From Selaginella moellendorffii (Eukaryota > Plantae > Lycopodiophyta): a DNA stretch of 64,000 nt. Shown here in pieces: positions 21,650-33,865 of the stretch. Location of the stretch: positions 2,739,266 to 2,803,265 of the forward strand of contig NW_003314261.1 of assembly GCF_000143415.4 (NCBI RefSeq), given 5' to 3'. The translations under genes and the position numbers were made by a program. Each line of letters begins with the position of its first letter. Position 1 is the stretch's first letter. Under the pieces are notes generated by a model that made no database searches, had not been told where the DNA came from, and saw only the letters and a list, made by a program, of their open reading frames with translations.

Positions 21650-24600
21650 TGTGAGGGCCAAGTGTATGGCTACGATGCCATATACTAATATTAATGTAGT
21701 GGGATTTTGGTAGCCGTCAGATTGGTTTCAATCTGGACCACTCACTCCTGTATATAAGCTAGGGTTTTTGGGCTAATTAAGATGCACATTTTCTATATTC
21801 CCTTTCCATATTCTAAGCACTTACATTGGTGGAGGTGAGGGGCACCTTTGATTGTCCTTAAGGAGTGCTTGGATTTGGGATTTTGGTTTAGATCTAGCTT
21901 TTTGCATTGTATAGATCTACCATTTCCTTCTAGCTTTTTGTCATTTCTCTTCTTTTGCTCTTTCTTTTTCATTCGTCTCCATGGCAGATCAACAATCTCC
22001 TCCTTTGACTCTGGAGCAGCAGTTGGTACAATTGCTTGATGCTATGTGCTTGCAATTGAACAACCAAACTCTGTATGGCACATGGTACAACTCCTTCTGC
22101 TCTTGGTGCCAATCCTCGCGTCTAGCCGGAGTTCTTTCGCGGGAATCCTGGGGATGATGTGTACCATTGGTTCGATCACTTCACCGTGATTGCCACATAT
22201 CATTCTTCGGATGATGCTCAATGTTTGCGTGAGTTTCCCACGTGTCTCCAAGGGACGGCATTACAGTGGTACAATGGTTTGGGCGCAGCCACTCGCGGGG
22301 ATTGGAGTGTTCTTTCGGATGTCTTCAAACGCGCCTTCAGACATGCCGATGACTGTGATGATGCTTTCCAACAATTGCATCGTCTTCGCCAAGGGCCATC
22401 TGAATCGGTGATGCAATTTGGCATTCGTTTCCGAAGTCTTTTGCTTCGTGCGGAGCCAAATATGTCAGAGCGGATCAAGCTAGGAATGTTGTGGCCAGCA
22501 CTTCGTCAAGATCTTGTCAGACTTGTGCATGCCCTTGCTCCCGCCACCCTTGATGATGCTTTTTGCTTGGCACAAAGTTATGAGATGTTGCCTCTTCCAC
22601 TTCTCGCTGCACGTCCTTCAGCTCCTCTTTCTATAGGTGATGGTCCTGTTCCAATGGAGGTTGATGCTGCTGTTGCTCTAGTCCAAGGCCAAGTGCAAGG
22701 ATGTGGTCGTGGCCGTGATGTTCATTGCTGGGCGTGTGACGAAGTTGGTCATACTTATCGGCGTTGTAGGCGTTTTCCGGATTGACGACCTCCATTTCCT
22801 GGGTGGAGACCTTGGCGTCAGCAACGTCCCCGTTGGTGCTGCTGCAATGGAAGGTTTGCATCCGGAAAACGAGGAGTCACGCAAGTAATGGAGGGACCTT
22901 GCACGAATNNNNNNNNNNNNNNNNNNNNNNNNNNNNNNNNNNNNNNNNNNNNNNNNNNNNNNNNNNNNNNNNNNNNNNNNNNNNNNNNNNNNNNNNNNNN
23001 NNNNNNNNTCAAGGGGTTCACTCGGCACTAGTTCATCCAGTGTTTACTTTGCAAGCTCGTTTTTATAACAAGAGGTCTCCTATTATTCTCTCCGTGTTGG
23101 TTGATATAGGTTCGAGTTTATCCTCTATTGCTCGACTTGTTGCCACACGTTGCCGTCTACATTTGCATCCTGCGGCGGAACCAATTTTCATTCTTTATGG
23201 CAATGGCCGTACACATGCATGTGCACAGGATGAGGCAGACCTAGTTGTGTGTGTGGGCGATCTTGAGCTTGAGTTGCAGTCATTGCAGGTGGTGCCGAGT
23301 CAAGCTTTTGATCTCATTCTTGGTATGGATTGGTTGCAGCGCAATCATGCCAAGTGTGACTTTGAGGCTTCTCCCCCTTGTCTCATATTTCGTTATGTTT
23401 CATCCATTCCTCTTACTTCCGTTCCTCTTCGTCCCTCTACTTCTACCTCAGCTTCTATTGCTTTTGTTTCTCCATTATTTCCTCTTATGTTTCCATCTTG
23501 TTATACTCTTCCCTTTTCTGATCCATCCAGCAATCTTTGTGTTGCAGCAGTTGACTAGCTTATGAAGGAATATTCTGATCTCTTCGAATTTGACCTATCA
23601 TCTGGGGCTAAGATTGCCACACGTCATCCGATTCCAACCGGATTCCAACCGGGGATGCTTGTCCAATCAAGGTTTCTATTCATCGTCGGTCACCCAAGGA
23701 GATCAAGATTTTGCGTGCAAACATAAATGAGATGTTGAAGAAGGGTGTTATTCGGAAGTCGCGGAGTCCTTGGGCATGTGAACTTCATCTTGTGACGAAG
23801 CCTGATGGGAGTATTTGTTTTTGCATCAACTATCGTCCGTTAAACGAAGTGACGATTCCAGATGTGTACCCTCTTCCTCACACTGCTGATCTCTTGGATC
23901 GTCTGGGGCGAAGTCGTTGGTTCAAAAAGCTGGATCTTGCTTCTGGGTACTAACAAGTACCAATGGCCGAAGAAGATATTCCTAAAACTACTTTTGTACA
24001 TCATTTGGTTTGTATGAGTTCTTGGTGATGCCGTTTGGTTTGAACAATGCTCCAGCAACTTTCCAATGGATGATTGATGAGGTTCTTTGCGATATGCCAC
24101 AGGTGACTGCTGACTTCATTGATGATGTTTTGATCCACTCGGAGGGGATGTGGGAGGAGCACGTTTGTGATGTTTGTAAAGTGTTGGATCGGCTACGCGA
24201 TGTTGGTTTAAAGCCGAAGCGGTCAAAGTGCATATTTGGGTCCAAGGACACAACTTATCTTGGGTACCGTATTTCTCGTGAGGGTTTGCAAGTTGATCCT
24301 GACAAACTTGTGGCTATTCTAAAGTTCCCTACTCCGAAGTGTGTGAATGATATGCAACGCTTCTTGGGCAAGGTGCAATATCTCGGTCGTTTTATGGATC
24401 ATCTTTCTGATCACACTGCACTGTTGCGAGCGTTGCTAAAATCATCAACGTCATCTTTCATCTGGTCTCTGGATTATGAGCAGGCGTTCATGGATCTCAA
24501 AGAGCTATTGACGACTCCTCCGGTTTTGGCATATCCTAACTACACTCGACCTTTTATTTTGCGCGTGGATGCTTCTGACATTGGTCTTGGAGGTGTGTTG

Positions 24601-26615
24601 ATGCAAGAGAGCTTAAGTGTGCATGGTCAGTGCCATCCCATTGCATATATAAGCCGTATGTTACAACCAGCCAAAATGAACTACTCCACGACAGAGAAGG
24701 AGTGTTTAGCAACAATTTGGGGTTTTGAGAAACTTCATGCATATCTACACGATTCTCGGATGTTACTTGAAGGTGATTATACTGCTGTTACTTCATTATT
24801 GAGGCGGAAGAACCTGGTTGGTTGTATTGCTTCAAATATATGATTTTGATGTTGTTCATCACCCAGGGAGCTCTATGGCTGATGCTGATGCCCTTTTTCG
24901 AGCTCCTCTTCCTTCTCCATTCTCTTCTCATGTTTCTGATGAGCTTGTTGTTCCAGCCTATGTGGATTTTCTAGATGAGGATTCTGTACCGTCGGCGGTT
25001 GTTGTACTTGATGTTTAGTGTCCACAAGGTGCAGAGCAAGATCTACCTTCTCTTGATGAGGTTCACGAGGCTTAATAGATTGAGCTGTGGATTCGAAGGC
25101 TTAGAGATGGGTTTGAGAATCCTGCATCACTTGCTGATGACTTGCCTTTCTGGCATTTACATTCTCAATCTCGCCTTGAAGACGACCTTCTTTATTTTGT
25201 GGGGACAAATCCTAATGATCATTTACGACTGGTGGTGCCTTCTATCTTTATTCCACGGTTTCTCTATACTTACCATGATTCTCCTATTCTAGGTGGGCAT
25301 ATGGGACATCGTCGTGTAACCAAGAAGCTGTGCAGGTCTTTCTATTAGCTAGAGATGTGACGTGATATTATCCGGTATATGCATAGCTGTTTTTGGTGCC
25401 AAGCTCGTAATACTCCCCCTCAGGCTACAGAAGGACGGTTGGAGTCAATTTCAGTTTCCTGTCTGTTTGAGTTGGTGGCGTTTGATCTTATGGGACTTTT
25501 TCCACGGTCGACTGCTGGCAATAAGTATGTTATTGTTGTTTCTGACTACTTGACTCATTGTGTGGAAGTTGGTGCTCTTGCTAGCACCTTTGCAACTACT
25601 GTTGGATATTTCCTCCTCAATTGTGTGGTGTTCCAGCATTCTTGTCTAGAGCGAATTCTTTCGGATAATGGTCCTGCATTTATGGCTGAGGCATTTTATG
25701 TTTTGACGTCTTGGTTGGGAATACGCCACACTTTCACGAGTGCTTATCATCCACAATCAGATGGTCTGGTGGAACGGCTCGTTCAGACATTCAAGGGGAT
25801 GATTGCAAAGTATGTGAACTTTCAGTATTCGGATTGGGATAGTTATTTGCCGTCTCTTCGGTATGTATATGTCACAGGGGTGCAAAGTTCTGTTGGTGCT
25901 TCACCATATAAACTCCTATATGGTCATGATCCAATATTACCAACGGATCTGGGTTTACCTTCGCAATTGCCACGAGCTGCCCATGCTAGGTCGTGGGATC
26001 AGTATTTGACGAGTATCCTTCCACTTGTCCGAGCGGAGTCTGCCGAACACTTAAGCCGTGTACAAGTGGGACAACAACGGCGCTACAACTCCCATCATCA
26101 TCCACTTGCGGAGTACAAAGTGGATGATTTGGTGTTAGTCTGTTTTCCCCATCTTACGGTACGTGGTTTATCTAAAAGACTCCTTGTGCAGTGGAAAGGA
26201 CCGTATCGGGTGTTGTGGCAAATTGGATCACAAGTTTATGAGATTCGGCATGACATCTAGCAGGCCGATCCTCCAGAGATTGTGCATGTGTAGCGGTTGA
26301 AACGCTTCATACAAAAGGATCAGGAGTAGTTAATACCACTTACAGATCCGCCAATGCCTCCTCCTGATGTTCCTCCAGATCCCAGCCCGTCTACAAGAGA
26401 ACCATGATGGTCTTCCATTATTCCGAGAGGAGGGGATGATGTGAGGGCCAAGTGTATGGCTACGATGCCGTATACTAATATTAGCATAGTGAGATTTTGG
26501 TAGCCGTTGGATTGGTTTCAATCCGGACCACTCGCTCCTGTATATAAGCTAGGGTTTTTGGGCTAATTGAGATGCACATTTTTTATATTCCCTTTCCATA
26601 TTCCAAGCACTTACA
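21650..26615 (+). mobile_element. Ty3/gypsy LTR retrotransposon, element C, with short LTRs, a tRNA-Ala-like PBS and a 4-bp TSD
   Basis: 176-bp LTRs at 21650-21825 and 26440-26615 (TGTGAG..CTTACA), TSD GCAC, PBS TGGTGGAGGTGAGGGG and PPT GAGAGGAGGGG. Contains gag with CWACDEVGHTYRRC, protease LVDIGS, RT FIDDVL, RNase H, integrase (SDNGPAF, HPQSDGLVER) and KGPY. Multiple stops, and a 100-N gap at 22909-23008. Confidence 0.95.
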
Positions 26616-27230
26616 GCACTAAATTATTTAAAACATGTTATACATAAAATGATTATATTGATTCAGTTGAACTAATTTATTGATAAATTGTTTTCCAAGG
26701 TGTTCACTCACAAATTCATACTAAAAAAATCTTTGCTATATAGCAGCACTCCACATAATTTAAGTCTTTTTTAATGTATGATCAATTATTATTATTATTA
26801 TTATATTAAACTAATTATTATACATAATTATAAGGAATATGAATTTTAAAACTTTTTTTATATAAGATGGCTTATTTATAAATTAAATTTCTCAAAATCT
26901 CCCAATAAAGAGAAACATTTAGCTCAATCATAAATATAAAAAACTTTACTACCTAAAGAAAAGCATTATTATAAAATATATTAATATTTTATTGAGAATA
27001 NNNNNNNNNNNNNNNNNNNNNNNNNNNNNNNNNNNNNNNNNNNNNNNNNNNNNNNNNNNNNNNNNNNNNNNNNNNNNNNNNNNNNNNNNNNNNNNNNNNN
27101 TATGAATAAGAAAACATAGACGATAACATAATATAACATAAAATACATTTAGCAATTAGTTCAAACAATATAATAATACTATTTTATCATATCAAAACTA
27201 TATTAAAACCTATAAGATTTATTATAAAAC

Positions 27231-30200
27231 TATTAGTGCATGGAATATGAAAAAGGAATATAGAAAATGTGCATACCAATTAGCTCAAAAACCCTAGCTT
27301 ATATATAAGAGCGAATGGTCTAAATTGAAATTAATCCAATGGTTATCAAAACCCCACTATGTTAATATTAGTATATGGCATTGTAGCCGTACACTTAGAC
27401 CTTATATCATCCCCTCCTCTCAAAATAATGGAAGGCCATTAGATTCTCTTATAGATGGGCTGGGATCTAGGGAAACATTAGGGGGAGGCATCAGTGGATC
27501 TGGAAGTGGTACCAATTGTTCTTGATCCCTTTGTATGAAACATTTCAACTACTACACATGCACAATTTTTGGAGGATCAACCTGTTGGACGTTATGTCAA
27601 ACCTCATAAACTTGTGGTCTAACTTGCCTTAACACCCGATACAGTCCTTTCCACTGAGTAAAGAGCCCCTTAAATAAACCACGTACTGTAAGATAGGGAA
27701 AATGAACTAATACCAAGTCATTCACTTTGTACTCTGCAGGTGGACGATGATGGGAGTTGTAGTGCCATTGTTGTCCCACTTGTACACGGCCTAGGTGTTT
27801 GGCAAACTTTACTTGAACAAGTGAAGGATGCTTATCAATTACTAATCTCATGACCTAGCATTGGCAACTTGTGGCAATTGCGAAGGTAAACCCAACTCCG
27901 TTGGTAATATTGGATTATGACCATATAAGAGTTTATATGGTGAAGCACTAACAGAATTTTGCACCCTTGTGACACATATATACTGAAGAGATAGCAAATA
28001 ACCATCCCAATCCAAATGTTGAAAGTTCATGTACTTTGTGATCATCCTTTTGAATATCCAAACGAGCCATTCCATCAAACCATTTGATTATTGATGATAA
28101 GCACTTGTGAAAGTGTGGCATATCCCTAATTGAGACGCCAAAACATGAAATACCTCAGGCATAAATGTGGGACCACTATCTAAAAGAATCCGCTCTAGAC
28201 AAGAATGCTGGAACACCACTTGATTAAGGAGGAAGTATCCAACAGCAATTGCAAAGGCACTACCAAAAGCACAAACTTCCACCTAGTGAGTCAAGTAGTC
28301 AGAAGTATTTGGATACTTCCATGTAAGCGACTAAATTTTCCATTTTACTTTAGTCACTTAACCACACCTCTAACCACTTGGAGGAGTCTTATTCACAACC
28401 TCCTTAAGTCCAATTCAGGACTTGAGACTTGCTAGTCTTGAGAATGGCATCCATGCCACTCGACCCTTGCACTTAGTCCAAGTGCTCCACGTGTCCAGTC
28501 CCAAGACCGACACTCAAAGGTACCACTGATATAGCAGCATGTTATGCTAAGGCCATGCCTAATCACCTTTGCCGCACTGGTGGTCCAATACCACTTGCAT
28601 CACAGTTTTGCCTCTCCAAGACTGGGCCAACCATCCATGAGTGGTCATCACAGATCCACTCCTTAGCATCCTTCAGATGCCCACCAACAAGGAAAACAAC
28701 CTTCCCCACTATTCCTCTTTCAATCCCAACCAAGTCCCATCCTACCCATGGCCGTGTTAGCCAACACTGCCACTGGGTCAAGGCCCTAGGCCTGACCACT
28801 AAGTCCCAATGCCCTCTGGGACTTCCTCACCATGTGACTATGTCCTTAGTCACTATGCCAGAGGTTTGTTCCTCTTCCTTTCCACAGTCTGGGATTTTGG
28901 GGCAACATTTCAGAACACCATGGCCTTACGCGAGCCACCTAGGTACTCTCCCGGCCTTCTGCCCTTGGGTGCTCTAGCCATGGGCTTAGAGCGAGGTTTC
29001 GTTGAGCCACACTTGGTATCCAAATAGGTAGTGCCACCCACACTTGGATTGGGAGCATCGGCCAGTCAATCTCCCGGGGGAACTAGAGTCGGCTCTTGAA
29101 CACTTCACCAAGCTACCCCCCTTGTTGGTTCGTGTTCACTCCAGTCTTGGACTTCCTAGTGGGCAGCTCATCACCCAACATTGGGCACAGCCTTCCTGGG
29201 CCAAACTAGCTTTTCCTGGCCAAACTAGCTCTACTGTAGTCCTCCCCCTTACTATACTTTTGGAGCTCACCAAACCCCCCAAGGTCTGGGAGACGAATGC
29301 TTTGGGATTTCACCCTCTCAAACTCGAACTCGGACTCGGACTCGGACTCGGACTCGGACTCGGACTCAGGCTCGGACTTGGACTCAGCCTCGGACTCGGG
29401 CTTGGGCTCGGGCTCGGGCTCGGTCTCGGCCTCGGCCTCGGTCCCGGTCCTGGTCCTGGTCTCGGTCTCGGTCTTAGTCTCAGTCCCAGTCTCGGTCTTG
29501 ACCTCAGACTCCATCTCGGATTCCATCTCGGGTCCATCTCAGACTCAATCTCGGATTCCGTCTTGGTCCATCTCGAACTCCATCTCAGACTCCATCTCGG
29601 GTCCATCTCGGACTCCATCTTGGGTCCATCTCGGACTCCATCTCAGGTCCTTCTCGGACTCCATCTCGGACTCTATTTTGGTCCATCTCGGACTCCACCT
29701 TCGACTCCAACTCGGGTCCATCTTGGACTCTATCTTGGGTCCACCTCAGACTCCATCTCCGACTCCAACTCGGGTCCATCTCGGATTCTATCTCGGGTCC
29801 ACCTCGGACTCCATCTTGGACTCCAACTCGGGTCCCTTTTTGGAGCCTCACTTATTGCTTGCTTCATGCTCATTCCTTGAGCACTCCGTTGGGAGTTCCA
29901 CTCCCGGTCTCGACCTTTCAAATCGGAGCCTTTTAGTCCAAACGTGTTACGCTCGTTTGGCTTTTGCTTCGGCCACTACCATGTGGCACCCTTTCGACTC
30001 CACTTTGGGACTTAGGGATTTGTGTCTCACATTCCATTGCCAGCAATCGATTGTGGAAAGGTCCCATAAGATCAAATGCCACCAACTCAAATAGACGGGA
30101 AATTACAATCGACTTTAACTGTCCTTTTATAGTATGAGGGGAAGTATTACGAGTTTGGCACCAAATGCAACTACACACATATTAGATAACAGCATGTTGC

Positions 30201-33200
30201 ATCTTTAGCCAATAGAAAGACTTGTATAGCTTCTTGGTCACATGACGATGTCCTATATGCCTATCTAGAATAAAAGAATCATGGTAGGCATAGAGAAATT
30301 GTGGAATAAAGATTGAAGGCACCACCAACCATAAAATGATTGTCAGGATCTGTCTTCACAAAATAAAGAAGGCCATCTTTAAGACGATATTGAGAATGTA
30401 AATGCCGGAATGGCAAGTCATCGACAAGTGATGCAAGATTCTCAAACCCATCTTGATCAATCTCTTGAGCCTCACAAACCTCATCAAGAGAAGGTAAATC
30501 TTGTTTTGCATCTTGTGAACACTAAACGTCAAGTATAGCGACTGCTAACAGTATAGAATCCTCGTTTAAGAAATCCATAGATGCTAAAACAACAAGCTCG
30601 TTAGAAACATGAGAAGAGAGCAAAGGAGGAGGAGTGCAAGAAAGGGCATCAGCATTAGCCATAGAACTCCTCAGGTGATGAACAACATCAAAATCATGTA
30701 TCTGAAACTTTAAAGCTCACCAAACAGTACGACCAACTAAGTTCTTCCACGGTAACATGATCACCTTTTAGTAATGTCTGAGAATTATGTAGATATGCTT
30801 GAAACCCTAGATTGTTGCTAAACACTCCTTCCCTATTGTGGAGTAGTTCACCTCTGCTGGTTATAATGTACAACTTATATATGCAATGGGATGGTGCTAA
30901 CTAGGCACACTTGGGCTCTTTTGCATCAACACACCTCTAAGACTAATATCAAAAGCATTCATACACAAAATGAAAGGTCAAGTGTAGTTAGGATATACTA
31001 AAACCCAAGGAGTCGTCAATAGCTCTTTGAGATCCATGAATGCCCACTCACAGTCTGCAGACCAGATGAAAAATTACGTTAATGACTTTAACAACGGTCA
31101 CAATAGTGCAGTGCGATTATAAAGATAATCCACAAAACAACCAATATATTACACCTTACCCACGAAGTGTTGCATATCATTCATACACTTTGGAGTAGGG
31201 AACTTAAGAATAACCACAAGTTTGTCAGGATCAACTTGCAAACCCTCACGAGAAATATGGTAGCCAAGATAAGTTATATCCTTGGACCCAAATATGCATT
31301 TCGACTATTTCAAATTTAAACCAACTTCTTATAGCCAATTCAACACTTTACAAATATCACGAACATGTTCCTCCCATGTCCTCTCTGAGTAGATCAAGAC
31401 ATCATTAATGAAGTAAGTAGTTGTCTCTAGCATATCGCAAAGAACCTCATCCATCATCTATTGAAAAGTCACTGGAACATTGTTCAAACCAAATGGCATC
31501 ACTAAAAACTTGTACAAACCAAACAATGTACAAAAAGCCATCTTAGGAATATCTTCTTCAGCCATCTATACTTGCCAATACCCAAAAGTAAGATTGAGTT
31601 TAGTGAACCAATGACTTCTCCCTAGACGATCCAAAAGATCAGTAGTATGAGGAAGAGTGTACACATCCAAAATTGTCACTTTGTTTAACAAATGATAATT
31701 GATGCAGAAACAAATATTTTCATCAGGCTTTATCACAAGATAAGGTTCATATGCCCAAAGACTCCACAACTTTCGAATAACACCCTTTTCAATATCTTTT
31801 TAACATTTACATGTAAAATCTTGATCTCTTTGGGTGATCGATGACGAACAAAAACCTTGATTGGATGAGCATCCCTAGTTGTAATTAGATGATGTGTGGT
31901 AATCTTGGCCCCATACAATAAGTCAAATTCAAAGAAATTGATATACTCCTTTATGAGTCGATCAGCCACTGCACAAAAACCATCGAAGGGATCGGAAAAG
32001 GGAAGAGTGGAACAAAATAAAAACATAGGAGGAAGTAATAGGGAGACAAAAGTAATGAAAGCAGAGGGACAGAAAGGTATGGAAGTGAGAGGAATGAATG
32101 AAATATAAAGAAACATGAAACAAGTGGGAGAAGCCTCAAAGTCATACTTGGCATGATTGCATTGCAACTAATATATAACAAGGATGAGGTCAAAAGCTTG
32201 ACTCAACATTACTTACAATGACTGCAACCCAACCTCAAGATCACCCATATGCATAATGAGGTCTGCCTCATCCCATGCACATACATGTGTATGGCCGTTG
32301 CCATAAAGAATGAAAATTGGCTCTGCCACACATTGTAAATGTAGACAACAATGTGTAGCAATAGGTCAAGCAATAGAAGACTTGAACCAACATGAAGAGA
32401 ATAATAGAAGACCTCTTGTTATAAAAACGAGCTTGGAAAGTAAACATTAGATGAATTAGTGCCGAGTGAACCCTAATACTCCCAAAAAAAAGATGGAGGG
32501 GTCATTGACTTATTTGCGCAAAGTCCCTCCATTACTCATGTGACACCTTGTATCCTAGATGTATCTCGATGTCCAGACCTTCCATTACAGCAACACCAAC
32601 AGAACGTTGTTGATGCCAAGGTCTCCATCCAAGAAATAGAGGCTGCCCATCCAGAAAAGACCGACAACATTGATAAGTATGACCAACTTCATTACATACC
32701 CAACAGTGAACATCACGGCCATGACCATGTCCTCGCTTTTGTCCTTGAACTTGAGCAATAGCAACATCAACCTTTATTGGAACATGACCATCTCCTACAG
32801 AAAGTGGAGCTGAAGGATGTGTAGAGAAAAGTGGAAAAAGCAACATCTCATAACATTGTGCCAAACAAAGGGCATCATCAGGGTGGCAGGAGCAAGTGCA
32901 TGCACAAGTCCGACAAGATCTTGACGAAGTGCTTGCTACAACATTCTTAGTTTGATCCTCTCCGACATATTTGGCTTTACACGAAGTAAAAGACTTTGAA
33001 AATGAATGCCAAATTGCATCACTGACTCAGATAGCCCTTAACAAAAATGATGCAATTGTTGAAAAGCATCATCACAATCGTTAACATGTCCAAATACACA
33101 TTTGAAGACGTCTAGAAGAATACTCCAATCCTCATGAGTGGCTGCGTTTAAACCATTATACCATTACAATGCCGTCTCTTGGAAACACGTGGGAAACTCA

Positions 33201-33865
33201 TGTAAACACTAAGCATCATCTTAAGAATGATATATAGAAATCATTGTGAAATGATCGAACAAATGGTATATATCATCCTCAAGATTCCAACAAAAGAACT
33301 CCAGCCAAACACGAGGATTGGCACCAAGAGTAGGAGGAATTGTACCACATGCTGTGAATGCCATTATCAACTAAATTTTGTTATTTAACTGCAATTGCAT
33401 AGCATCAAACAATTGCACCAACTGCTACTCAAGAGTCAAAGGCGGAGATGACTACTGCCATGAAGATGAATGAAAAGGAAAGAGCTTAAGAAAAGAAATG
33501 AAAAAGCTAAAAGAAAAGGGAGATTTAAACAATGTAAAAGCTAAATCTAAATCAAGATCTCAAAAGGAAAGAACAAAAGAAAGGAAATGGAAAAATTTAG
33601 ATCTAGATGATGTAAAAGTTAAATCTAAACTAAAATCTTAAATTCAAGCATTTCTTAAAGACAATCAAAGTTGCCCTCTCCTCCACCAATATGAGTGCAT
33701 AGAATATGAAAAGGGAATATAGAAAATATGTATATCAATTAGCCCAAAAACCCTAGTTTATATACAAAAGTGAGTAGTCTAGATTGAAACTAATCTGACG
33801 GCTACCAAAACCCCACTACGCCAATATTATTATATGGCATTGTAACTATACACTTAGATCTCACA
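27231..33865 (-). mobile_element. More decayed copy of the element C family, element D, in inverted orientation
   Basis: LTRs at 27231-27406 and 33690-33865, TSD AAAC on both sides, and PBS complement CTCCTCCACCA near 33678. The internal sequence is colinear with the reverse complement of element C. Confidence 0.92.
28322..30031. mobile_element. Second solo LTR with hexamer/12-mer arrays, inserted in the integrase of element D
   Basis: TGTAAG...CTCACA termini and TSD TTCCA (28317-28321 / 30032-30036). Array at ~29320-29835. Homologous to 11478-13130. Confidence 0.9.

Noticed and set aside
27001-27100. N run (also at 22909-23008)
   Set aside because: Assembly gaps of nominal 100 bp. ORFs spanning them and distances across them are unreliable.
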